From Zygnema circumcarinatum SAG 698-1b (lineage: Eukaryota > Plantae > Zygnematophyceae): a stretch of 64,000 nt of DNA. Each line of letters begins with the position of its first letter. Positions within the stretch are counted from its first letter, which is position 1. A model generated the notes under the pieces. It was not told where the DNA came from and ran no database searches. It worked only from the letters and a program-made list of their open reading frames with translations. A program made the position numbers and the translations under genes. Location of the stretch: assembly GCA_037447605.1 (NCBI GenBank), contig CM074812.1, forward strand, positions 1,054,001-1,118,000. The letters are read 5' to 3'. This document shows positions 44,516-56,094 of this stretch, piece after piece.

Positions 44516-47500
44516 TGGCGGCTCCTGTGTTTGCTCTGGCTTCGGCTGCAACCGGGAGCTCTGCTGCGCTGGCAGGCAGCAGCAGCATGCTTGAACTTGG
44601 AAGTGGAGCTTTGGCAGGTACCGGTTGCTACGGTTTTCAATTCTTCTGTATTGGTCGATTCAGATGAGTTGATTGTCACGAGGGAGCTGTCTGCCTTGTT
44701 TATGCGAATGAAACATACTTGATTGGCTGTGACGTGCTGTTTATTGATGATTGTGGTGTTTCTGTGGAAGAATGATGTCGAGGATTTCTGTTTATGTGTA
44801 GGAGGCTGCACTCATGCCAATTGTCTCTTGCAGTTGACTGCTCCGTCAACGTCTAATGCGCAGATTCGATGTCCTGTACAGCGATGTTATTGCCTATTCT
44901 GAAATATGGCTGTTATGGATCCCAGTAGTGAAGCTCCTCGACCTGCATGTTTGCTGTTGTGTCTGGCTGCAGCAAATTGTTCATCGCTGTATAATTTGAT
45001 AGCCCCTTTTCCAAGGCATGGCGAGCGAAGCCAAACGCTTTGGATTGCAATTTACGCGGCATCGCCCTCACACAGTCCTGGATTGGCGAAGCCGCCAGTC
45101 ACGAGGTGAGTACGCGTTACAGTCCAGTTATTGACCCCGCTAATACAGGCTGCCATACGAACGCTTGCGCAATGTAAAGTACTGCAAGCGGTTGTTTTGC
45201 ATTGCGTAACAGCTGCAACCCTAACTCTAAATGGCAGCAATTCTCATTCAGAATGTAGCTCATGAAATACGAAGTAACCGCTCTGGAAGTGAGTCGTGCA
45301 GGCGGGCTCCTTCCTCGGGAGAGATCCCATCGAGCAGGATGATGGCGAGTGTCAGTAGAGTAACTGCTTTAGTCGATAGTTTAAGCCTCGCAACCAACGA
45401 TGCCGCGACGGCTCAAGCTGCTGCAGCTGAAGCGGTGGCCCTCGCGCGAGCTGCAGCCAAAGCGGCACGGGAGGCTGCAGACTTCGCACGCTTGCATGCG
45501 AAGGCATCCGAGAATGGAGTTCAATTTCCTGACCAGCTAGACCTGCAGCTGCTCCAACATAAGGATGTCAATTTTGGGGACTTTCCTCAGTGGGGAGAGG
45601 CAGCAAGCGCTAGTTTGAGGACACCGTCTGTCCACCGGAGGGAACCACAGGGAAACGATGGAAAAGATATTTCTATGAAAGTAAAGGGAAATGTCGAGAG
45701 TCCAGAAATTGTGGCTCATGCTCAAACTAGCAAGCTTCATACGTCATCAGCAATGCAGAAAGCATTAGACGAGGCACGGGTGACTGCGCAGAAGAGGGCT
45801 GAGAAGGAGGCCCCTATGATATCATTCTCAGGAATATCCTCTTCATCTGGCCGTAAGGACGTGGTTGTAAAGTCGCAGAGGCGGGCTGAGCGCCTCATGC
45901 GCAGGGAGAAAGCTGCCGAGAAGATGGAGAGATTGGAAGCAAAGCGTGTGGCAGAAACTCCAGCGAGACGCGGAGCAGGAGCAAGCAGTCAAGGGACGGA
46001 GCAGTATTTGTATAGCCAAATTGGGAAGTCCAAGCTACTCACAGCTCAGGAAGAGGTGGAACTTTCCAAAAGCATTCAGGTATCGCCTCTGTTTCACTCC
46101 TGGTCACGCTGCTCCAACCCTGTCACAGCATTGTCAGGAGCATCATATGTCTGAAAGATTCTGACTGTAATGTCAGGAGATCAGGCACCATGACTTGAAT
46201 GAAAAGACTCCTGCACGTGGACCAGTGGGGCTGTCGAAGCAAAGATTCTGATGCTTCAGTACAAGGATGATGTCATTTCATTGTTTTCGATTTTTCGTCT
46301 GGAAACAGCAATTCTGCTTCTTGACGATGAATTGGCTTGAAAAGTTTTTCTATAAGTATTGAGCATGAATCTGATCTGACTCCTGGTAAACAAGTCCAGC
46401 ATTGCTGAAACGGAGTAGTTTGCTTGTCATCTGTTCTTTGAGGGGTTTGGCTGTTTTTGGATGTTGTTATGGCCAATTTGCAGTCGCTCCTGTCTCACGA
46501 TCTCGCTCAACAACTGCAGTGCATTGTATTTGTCCCTGATGATGTATGCCATCTCTCTGTATTGAATTCTTGCTGAAAGATCGGGTTTACATGTTCTGAA
46601 CTCTGCTTGGATGGCCTGACGTTTGTTGTGTCTGTAGCTCTAACTTCTTTCTGCAGTCAAAGCAATGTTATCTGCTCCCTTGATGCTTTTGGATCGCATT
46701 TTTCTCTGCCGTTCCCTTCAGGTGTTCTGTTTGAACTGCCTGTCAGATAGTCATGCCTTGACCGGCGCTGACGTCTGTTTCTCTGGTAGAACAGAGGGTG
46801 GCAGTTGTGTCATCGGGGCAGTCTTCCTGATTATGTAAAGCCTGACTTCAAATATTATGCATCCAGAACAGTAATTTTGTTTTGGGAAGAGTGATATTGC
46901 TACACTCTATTGTTGTGTGAATAATCAGTAACATGGTGTTGTTCTTTCTTGCCGGATCGCGTTACAGGATCTAATGACGCTAGAGAAGTTGAAAGAGTCG
47001 TTGGAGGAACAAGTGGGACGAGAGTCGAATCCACATGAGTGGGCTCATGCGGCTGGAATTACCACAAGTGAACTGAGGCGACGTGTGAATAAGGGCCGGG
47101 AAAGTAAAAACACGATGGTGATGAGCAATTTACGACTTGTGTATTCAATTGCCAAGAAATATAACGGTCGAGGTGTGGCCCTTGAGGACCTTGTTTCTGT
47201 AAGTTCACGTGCAACGAAGCTTTTGTTTGGTCTTCTCAAAAGCATTGATGGATAAAAGCCCTTATATACGATCTTTCCTTATGGTTATGCTATTATAAGG
47301 TACAGAAAGCCGTATATTCAGATTCTCTGTAGGAGTTGGTTCATGGAAAAAATGGTGAAAATGTGAAAATGAAAATGAAAATGGTGAAAATGTGAAGACA
47401 CTCTCTACAGATTCCATGTTTTCCAGATTTGGAAAACCTGGAATACTCCTGTTTGTAGCCTGTATTAGTTTTATTCGGAACATATGTGTCAATCAATGAA

Positions 47501-49030
47501 TATTGGATGCTGACTATCAGGTGAACTCAAGCGTGGTTAAATCTAATGAATAGTTCGAGCTTTCTGCTCGCATAATATGCTCTCACAATTGTGGTGTAAT
47601 TGATAAACTAACTTCCAAGCAGTCAGAGCCTATCACATTGCATTGGGCAGTATCCATTAATGCATTTTTTTATGTCCACAGCTAACTTTGCAGTAAATGT
47701 CTTTGGCGGGTTCCCAGGACGGGTGCAAGGGCCTTATTCGTGGCACTGAGAAATTTGACCATTCGAGGGGATTCAAATTTTCAACTTACGCACACTGGTG
47801 GATTAGACAGGCCATCACTCGTTCCATCACAGACCAAGCCCGTACTATTAGGCTACCAGTGAGTGCTGTTTCCTTGTACCAATGTGTTTTTTCCTGTGCG
47901 TGAACATCGTTTTGACTCTCTCCCATTGGTGTTTGCCTCATGTTTAATACTGAAAGATATCGCCGATGAATCATGCTGTAACGCAAAAGAGGGTTTGAAC
48001 TTTTCTTCAAGACCATCGGTTTGGTGTATGGCTTGTTTCAATCAGGTCAAACGTATGACACGTATGATAGTCTTTGACAAGTGGAGTGATGATTGTCTGC
48101 TGACGATAGAGACCTGACGACTCTTGCGTGTTGTGATACATGAAGGGACACTTGTATGAGACGCTCTCACGCATTACGAAAGCGAGGGAGATGTTGTTTG
48201 AGGAGTTCGGGCGCCCGCCTACGACTGAGGAGATCGCAGAGCTGGTGGGGATCAGTCAGCACAAGCTGGTGACAACAATGCGAAGCATTCGGCAGCCTGT
48301 GTCTATGGAGACAACGGTCGGGCAGGAAGGCGAAGAGACTCTTGGGGTAGGTTATTTCAGGCCTGAACTGTACCCTTTCTTTTAGAATGCCTACCTTGTG
48401 GTTCGGAATGTATTCAGCTTGGCAAGTACATGAAGGTCTAATCAACTGAAACCCGGGCTCCTTTTGCAAAAAACCCGTCGGCTGCGGTATGAGGGGGATT
48501 CAGTTTTGAAAAATCCGATATGGTATTTTGTTTTGATGGAAGTACTTGGTTTTTTTTTTTTTTTGCTGTTACGAGTTATTTTGCGGGCAAGTTTGTCTTG
48601 TAATGTGTGAAACTTGTCGAATTCCAAAGCCCCCTTGCTGATTATAATTCCAATTGAGCTATGCTTGGCTAACCAGGTAGACTTGTTTGTCCGGTCCCTC
48701 GCTGAAATGCGTGTCTGTATTCTCGAGTGATTGCAGGAAATTTTGATCGATCCAAGCCATGAAGAAGACTCCAGAACCGACACCATCACAAACCAGTTGT
48801 TGCGAGCAGACATCGAGAACGTTCTCCATACCCTTAACCCACGGGAGCAGGATGTGCTTCGGCTGCGCTATGGCCTCGATGATGGGTATCAGCGCACCCT
48901 AGAGGAGGTCGGCAACATGTTCCGCGTCACACGTGAGAGGATAAGGCAAATTGAGACAAACGCATTGCGGAAATTGCGGCAGCCTTCTAGAAGTAAAGTC
49001 CTCCGTGAATACTCCGTTCTAAACTCATGA
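44516..49030 (+). CDS. SIG2: Nucleus-encoded plastid RNA polymerase sigma-70 factor, SIG2/SigB-like; N-terminal exon structure uncertain
   Basis: Candidate ATG at 44516 (Ala/Ser-rich transit-like). Large exon ending 46079 ([17 protein letters not shown]; [15 protein letters not shown]), then 46968-47198 ([16 protein letters not shown]), 47718-47858 ([31 protein letters not shown]), 48146-48346 ([11 protein letters not shown]), 48737-49030 ([18 protein letters not shown]...TLEEVG...[16 protein letters not shown]). Sigma regions 1.2-4.2 are intact. Confidence 0.92.
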
Positions 49031-49665
49031 CCTCCTGCGAATTTCGGGATCTCTTTCATTCGACTTAAGGAGAGGAGTGAGCCAGCCATTGGCTTGGCTT
49101 GGCTTGGAGAGGGCGGCCGGCAGCGGTTGCTTCATTTGAAGGATAATGGTAATAGTTGTAAAGAATAGGACCTTGTTAGCTGTATTTAGCCGACCAATTT
49201 AGTCCTCAGTTTGAGCGGATAGTGAACTTCAGGAGTCAGTCAGTCGGTCTCGGCGAGGAGCATGTGCGCACCCTCGTCTGTCAATCATTCTTCGTACTTC
49301 ACGACAGCTGTTTTGTTACCGTGTTGTACCCGTGACGATATTGGAAATTTCAGATTTTTTTTTTTATGAGAAAAAAATTCTTGTCGATTGTTGTCGTTTT
49401 CAGTTTGTGTGTGTGGACCTGCGCAAATTGAAATGAAGTCAAGTTGTGCATTTACGGAGAAATTTCATCTCCAGGTTGTTTTGAACATTTTCCAATTCAC
49501 ATATTTTGTGCTCTCCACAATTGAAAACTTGATCCACGGATAGAACGGTATGTGCGAGAGCTCTTATTTGTGAGGAACGAGAATGACTCGAGGCTGGTCA
49601 ACTTTCAAACCTATGTTCACTCTTAACGTGGACTCTAACGTAGACGACCAATTTTCTCGAAGGCC

Positions 49666-50529
49666 AAACGTTTCACAGATCGGACCATTAGACAAACCAG
49701 TCGACTGGTTGGCAACCAGTGGTTGCGGACCGAAACAACCATTCGACTGGTTGCCAACCAGTGGATGCCACTGGTTGGCAACCAGTCGAATGGTTGGCAA
49801 CCAGAGCCGCCGGATCGAAACAACCATTCGACTGGTTGCCAACCAGTGGCATCCACTGGTTCCAAACCAGTCGACTGGTTGCCAACCAGTGGCATCCACT
49901 AGTTGGAAACCAGTCGACTGGTTGCGAACCAGTGGCGCAGGACTTAAACAACCATTCGACTGGTTCGGAACCAGTGATCCAATGGTTGGCAACCATTGAA
50001 TTTCTGAAATTATGCCTTTTTGCAAAAATGGGTCGTTTGTGTTTTTTGGTTGGTTGCCAACCGTTGACAACTAGTGTAACAAGCCTGATGCGTACAGATG
50101 TGTACGGATTCGTACAGCCAAATCGTATGGTTGTACGGGGATTCTGTACGGCCGAACCGTAATAGTTTTCTCCGAAACGCCGACGGCATTTTGGTAGCTG
50201 TAGCGTTCAGTTCGCTACAACTAGTGATTTAATGGTTGCCAACCATTTGATTTAATGGATATAACCATTCGACTGGTTGGCAACCAGTGCCGCCGGATCG
50301 AAACAACCATTCGACTGGTTGCCAACCAGTGGCATCCACTGGTTCCAAACCAGTCGACTGGTTGCCAACCAGTGGATCCACTGGTAGGCAACCATTCGAC
50401 TGGTTGCCAACCAGTGGTTGCGGACCGAAACAACCATTCGACTGGTTGCCAACCAGTAGACGTCCAACCATTGCCATCCAATGGTTGTCCAATGGTTGCC
50501 GATCCACTGGTCCGAACTGTGAAACGTTT
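49666..50529. mobile_element. Foldback/MITE-like element made of palindromic subterminal repeats (TGGTTG[G/C]CAACCA, AACCAGTCGACTGGTT)
   Basis: 22-bp TIR with 21/22 matches: AAACGTTTCACAGATCGGACCA (49666-49687) versus TGGTCCGAACTGTGAAACGTTT (50508-50529). The interior has many copies of short palindromes. No TSD seen. Confidence 0.75.
50075..50219. mobile_element. 145-bp TG..CA element (mini solo LTR / TRIM-like) nested in the foldback element
   Basis: TGTAAC...GCTACA, flanked by ACTAG at 50070-50074 and 50220-50224. The termini resemble those of the 1-kb LTR-like family. Confidence 0.6.
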
Positions 50530-50760
50530 AACAATGATTGATTGATTTTGATGCACGGCCCCGGAAGCCCTCCTCCGGCGATCTTGGCTACCTTTTATCG
50601 ACAACGTATTTCCGTCGCCCTTCAGCGTTGCCTCGCTTCTACGCTACTTCGGCGTGCTGCAGTTGTTGGTGACCGTGTTGGTGGACTTCCGCCGCTCCCT
50701 CCTCGCGACGTGCCTCACATCGGTGACCTTCGCGGCTGCTTCTAGGGCTGCGTTGTTGTG

Positions 50761-50877
50761 CCTAGGCGTAGTTTTCCGCTCCTAGCTTCGTTTTATTGTG
50801 TTTTGGTCCTTTGTGACCAGTCCTTCGTGGTTCCACATTTTGCCTTTATCCATGTAAATTTGATGGCCTCGCCATCG
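50761..50877 (+). repeat. Dispersed repeat, copy 2 (copy 1 at 15503-15620)
   Basis: Shared blocks as listed for copy 1. Confidence 0.7.
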
Positions 50878-52182
50878 CGAGTTCAATGAAAGTTTGCGTT
50901 GTTTTAACAATGGATTTATTATTTACACCATTTTTTTTGGCTAGATACACACCTCTTTGGTTAAATAAAAACCTTAAAATCTGACCGGCGAAAATATGTG
51001 TATTTAGCCAGAAAAGGTGTGTAAGTAGCTTCCCCGTTAATTTTTCCTTTCTTGTTTAAAAGAATAAGACACTTCTCCTTTCTTTCTTTGCAATCAAAAA
51101 TCTTCCTTAACGATTAGAAAGTAGTTAGGGATTCATCAGCAGCTAAGTGAATTAAATTCAATCCGCGTAGATTATTGCTTTTTTCGTTTACAATGAAAAA
51201 GTGGAACAAAGTAGATTTACACGATTGCATCTCTAGCCCAGCCTCGTAAACGCAGCCAGACGGCCTGAAGCTTTAGCGGCGCAATCGACGATGAAAGTCA
51301 AGAGCTTCAAGCAAGGAAACGGCCAATGCTTAAAACGCCTATGCATATGCAGGCAAGAGCGCTTATACGGTCAATGCTGTACGATCTGTCAGTTCTTTAA
51401 AACTTCATCCAAACAACCATACGGAGATGAAAGCACATGTATGCGGGCAAGCTGCTGCTCAAGAGAGGTTTCAGCCGAAGACAACGACGAAGTTTTGACC
51501 CGATTGTGTAAATCACCGTTTAGGACTAGTGGCGCTTATTACGTTTCATGCAGATGCAAGACATCCCTGCAGTGTCGGGTGTGTTTGCACTCAACGATGC
51601 AGTGTGTCGGGCTGGCGGCAGCGTGCTGAAACGAGTCTCTTGCAACAGTGTAATGACGCAAATCGAGAGCTGACTGAAAACATGGATCCTTACTTCCTTT
51701 CATACAGTCGTGCCCGTTACGAACTGGTCACAATTTGGCAGGTCATCGTCAAGCAACAAAAATCACATCCTGCACATGTGCTTCTCGAACAGCCCCTCGA
51801 CAGTGCACTCCCTTTCCCATGATGCAGTATGAATGACAAAGTTTTGGCCTCAAATAATGATAAGTACCCATCTGCTGCCCCGCCGACACCTGTACATCCC
51901 AGCTGGACTCCTGAAACGACCACTCTCAACGACCTCACGTCAATGCGTGTGCATTCTGCTGTTGCAATTTCCCAATCATGTCAACCGCTGTCGTTATACC
52001 TGCAGTTATCGCCAAAAGGCTTCAGCTAATCACCATTTCGCATACCAACTACTGTACTGCAAAACGATAATGCATACAGAACAGATACAGGCACAGGTAC
52101 GAATTTGCACTGACGATTGGATAAATGAAAATGGAATAGAAAGAAGAAGAAAGGAAAAGAGAAATGTGACGTAGCACAAACC

Positions 52183-54478
52183 TCAACCACTTAGACCCGA
52201 GTGTAGTCGTGACGCCACTGGCTTCCTCATTGGTGAAAGAAGCAAGTTTCGAAGGGCATTGGATGTGTTGCCTGTCGCTGGTGTGAACATGGGGTTAGGG
52301 TCTGAGTACTTGAATGAAGGCCCTGGTGCAGACGACCTCTGCGACCTGTGTGCAAGAGCCGGGCTGGCAACCTCGTTCCTGGCTCTTGTTGCTGGTAAGC
52401 CCGGCATATCAAACAATCCTGAGCCAGCGGAGGCTTGCGCAGACCACAAGTCAGAACCTGGTTCTGGCGTGACTGGCTGGAACGCCTCACGAACCTCTGC
52501 AAAGAATTCAGAATTAAGCACCGCTTCAACTATAACATAGTAACTAGTGCAACATGAGGTGAGACTCCTAAGCCACGAGCCTCCACGTTGTTGTTACTCA
52601 GAAAAATAAAACATGGTAACTTTAACAAGTGAAGTCCAGAGCTTACAAAACGCTTGGTACAGGCTTTTAAAGCAAAATGTCAAACAGTTACCAGCAGGAG
52701 TTCTTGGTTTCCGGTCGTCAAATGCATTTGCTGTTGTGAAGTTGTTGAAATGCGCTGGCCTTCGCATCACTAACTGGTCCTTCGGGACTTGGCCATGTAC
52801 CCCACGCTTCAGTTGCTCATATTCACCCCGCAGCGACTCATACATTTCTTCCAGTTTCCGTTTTTGTCTGCCAACAAACATGTCTAAACGCATTTAGCTT
52901 CAAACAAGCATGTTTGAATGCATTTTTCCAAATCCGAGAGGATCGAAACTCAACAGTCGTTGACATGATTGAACACTCTGAAAAAAGATTGCAAACAGTT
53001 TGCCCATTAATCATCAAGAGAGCCTTCTACCAGCGTTCTGAAGTTCAGCGGGACGGCTTCAGCATCACAAACTGTACCAACTACATTTCAAAGAAAGTAC
53101 CGAGAAACCTTGAGCGGACGTACTTCACGAGCTATTAGGAATATGGAAATATATATCAATCCTTTCTGTAAAAAGCATTCAGCCTGAATGTCCTAACACG
53201 TTATCACGCTTGGCAGGAGCAACACAAACATCAACAGTCAAAAAACAATGGCAAGAACCACCGACGTCAGAAGAGCTGACAGATGTGAACAAAGCCTGGT
53301 CTGTAGCCGCAGCAGACTCACCTCGACTTCTCAGTGTACTTTTCTTGGAGTTCTTTTTTGTCTTTTGAAAGGCTTTCTTTTTCTTGCTCCAAGACCTGTA
53401 CTTTCTTCATCGCCTTCTGGTAGGCTCCGTGTACCTGCTCCAGCTTTTCCATGTACTTTTGCTGCATTTCCTCATACTTCTGCTTTATGTGTACTGCCTT
53501 GCTTATTGTTACTTGATTCTCCACGTCCTTCTGTCCGAGCCAAAACATGACTCCTTTGAACGCGCTCTTCATGACTGTCCTTCCAGTTAAGGATACCAGT
53601 GTAAAGACTTCCACACGTTGCTAATATATGAAGCAGGCTGACAACCTGAACTCAATACGAACTGAAACTCCGGTACTCAGAAGGCTTTTTGTGACACAAA
53701 TTCTATTGATGGATACTTCCTTGTGGTGGCGTTCCTGCCATAACCATCTGCACACGAAACAGCAAATGAAATTGACATTGAATGTGCAAAATTGTCAATT
53801 TAAGGCGATCGGGTGCAGCACATGTTGAAACAGGTCTAAAAAATTGCAGATGATGTACTTATCGAGCTTCAAGTTATAGCGAGATCTGTCTTTCTGAAAC
53901 TCTTTGTAATGACCTGAAGACACACATGTTACATGCCAGCCTATGGTCTGAAGGTCGAATTTTCGTTCAGAGCTACTGCCTGCAAGCAGTAGTCTTAGTT
54001 CAAAGGCATTCGGATCTCACATTGACCCAGTCATCGTTGGGATTTAACTCCACTGCTTTCATGTTGCTGCATCGAGAAAATGTATAAATCAGGTTTTTGC
54101 AGGTTGTTGAATCAGGTAATCAGGTTATTGTCAGGTCAGGCTCAAATTTAGTTCCGGAATAATGCGAGGAAAAGTTGCAGAATGACTGCCTTGACTGCCT
54201 TCAAAATTAATCTGTGCTGAAAATGACCAGCTGAAACTTGACGTGCCTCTTTGATAAAAGTTGCTCGCACATCGGACAGGTTGCATCAGAAGTCAATAAC
54301 TTGCTGGCGTCATCGGTGCCTAACTGAGATTCAAGGTTCAAACTGTTGAAATAACCAAGAAAATCAGCAAAGGATAAAGCGAACACAACAACTACAAGCA
54401 ATGGATACAAAAGATGTGGCCACACGTAGTTGCTATGGCCCGTCCATCAAGCGTCCTCCAACACGAGTTGCACTTCAT
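52183..54478 (-). CDS. HEI10: HEI10/CCNB1IP1 meiotic RING E3 ligase (ZMM crossover protein)
   Basis: Exons 54478-54409 (MKCNSCWRTLDGRAIATTCGHIF), 54319-54247 (CTDDASKLL...CPMCEQLLSK; GC donor), 54066-54021 (ELNPNDDWVN), 53747-53717 (MVMAGTPPQ), 53574-53322 (MKSAFKGVMFW...KKELQEKYTEKSR), 52867-52692 (QKRKLEEMY..LRGEYE), 52496-52183 (PVTP...LRNLLLSPMRK). This follows the plant HEI10 layout closely. Confidence 0.96.
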
Positions 54479-56094
54479 AGCATCCTGTCAACCCTGTCAT
54501 CATGAGCAAACTTCAAATTAAAGAACTGTCATATTTCGACTTGTCAAGAGCCAATGCCTGTTGCAAATCCCCCGTAAAATTCCCCAATCCTACATTTACA
54601 GCATCCTGCACACCACGGCAACGTCACCACAATACAGATAAGCATCCTTCCTGTCATGCATATCAGAATGTGCATGCCATTCACCTTGCAAGAGTTGCTG
54701 AGTCCTGCAAGCTGTCGCGCCCGCCGGCGCTGCGCTGCGCTGCGCGGGGCCGTCAGTGCCGGGCCTGCACGCGGCGCCAACGTTTGGGCCGACCCCGCTC
54801 GCGGCACTCGCAACCTTGTAAACAATATACGGAACTTTTCAAATTTTCGGCCACAGAGTCGCAGTTCAGTGCAGTTCCCTGCGACGTTTCGTATGGCGAT
54901 TTACAGGAAGTGCATCAGTTCCAGTACCCAGCAACTGAACTATGTAGCATATACCGTGCTCGTACATCGACCGTATATATTCGTCTGGACCGCACAGTAG
55001 TAGCTACAAACCTTCGGAAGCTGCAAACCACAAACCGCAAACCGCGGACCGTCCGCGCGTTTGTCACCTGCCGAGCAGACGTGGCCCGGCTCCACAGAGG
55101 CAAACGAAGAACAAGGGCTCTCTTTTGGGCATTAATAAGTGTAGCGAAACCACGAAGCGGAATTCTATGAGATGGGGCATGAGAGAGAGTCAAAGAGAGT
55201 CTCGAACAATCAGACGCAGAACTTTTTTGTCTCTGATGGGAGTGCAAAGACGCGACAACTTTCGGAAAGTTGAGCAACCAGAAGCATCATTTGACTCAGA
55301 CCGCGGGCAGCCACCAACACCTTAAGGAAGAAAGACTATCTTTGAAGATGAAGGTTCAGTGAGCATAACCGACTTCAGTTCTTCAACTGATAATTAGTTG
55401 CCAGACATCATTCATAGTCATCCACCTACGGTGGGCAAGTCTGAAACTGACGTGCTCTTTATTTCAGGAAGACATTCAAATTGCCAGTTTCCTCATTAAA
55501 TTAAGAAGAAGTAATTCTCTATTAAATCTAATTAGAAATAGGCATTCTTTTGGTGCACTTCCTAGGAAGATAGCTTAACGAGAGAAAGATGACATCGAAC
55601 GACCCTGTCTGACAGCGACAAAACGAAGAAGGGGCAGGAAAGTGAACATCTCAGAACAGAACGTTCCATGTTCATCGGTGATACAAGAAACCCTAATACC
55701 AACTCCAAGGAGACGGACCCTGCCGGGCTGGAGGAGAAGCAAAGAGCTATTATTACATCTACGAGAAAAAGTCTCACTAATTACGAGTGCACAGACACTC
55801 TCATTTGACGTACTCCCCGACGGCTGCACAGAAACACAGTGTGTCTCCAACGCCTCAGGCCTCAGCGTGCAAACTCTACCCTGCACCATACGCACAAATA
55901 CATGAAAGTACGAGTTCGGAACTCTTTTAAAACCTAGATTATTAGGCCCGGACATAGTCGAGAAGCAGTTGATGTCCGAGCAGGCGCATCTCAAGCAGCG
56001 AGGTTCGCCTGCCACAGCCCCTCACCACCTTGGCCTTCGCCGCAGTAACAGAACAACTCCTACTCTTTGCTGAAGCCACTGCAGGCTGCAGCCT

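Noticed and set aside
44516-49030. Sigma-70 factor as bacterial contamination or recent HGT
   Set aside because: It has multiple spliceosomal introns, a long N-terminal extension and the SIG2-type AAAEAVALA motif, so it is an ordinary nucleus-encoded plastid sigma factor.
49564-50604. CRISPR-like palindromic repeats and several repetitive ORFs (QPVDW/LVANQ)
   Set aside because: The sequence between palindromes is itself repeated, and the array is bounded by TIRs. ORFs are open on both strands because of the repeat composition.
55180-55290. Possible C/D-box snoRNA on the minus strand (ATGATG...CTGA)
   Set aside because: The C box is imperfect (ATGATGC), there is no terminal stem, and no rRNA-complementary guide could be identified.
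55562-56015. 146-aa minus-strand ORF downstream of VTC2
   Set aside because: No recognisable motif. It begins 80 nt after the VTC2 stop and is most simply 3'UTR.
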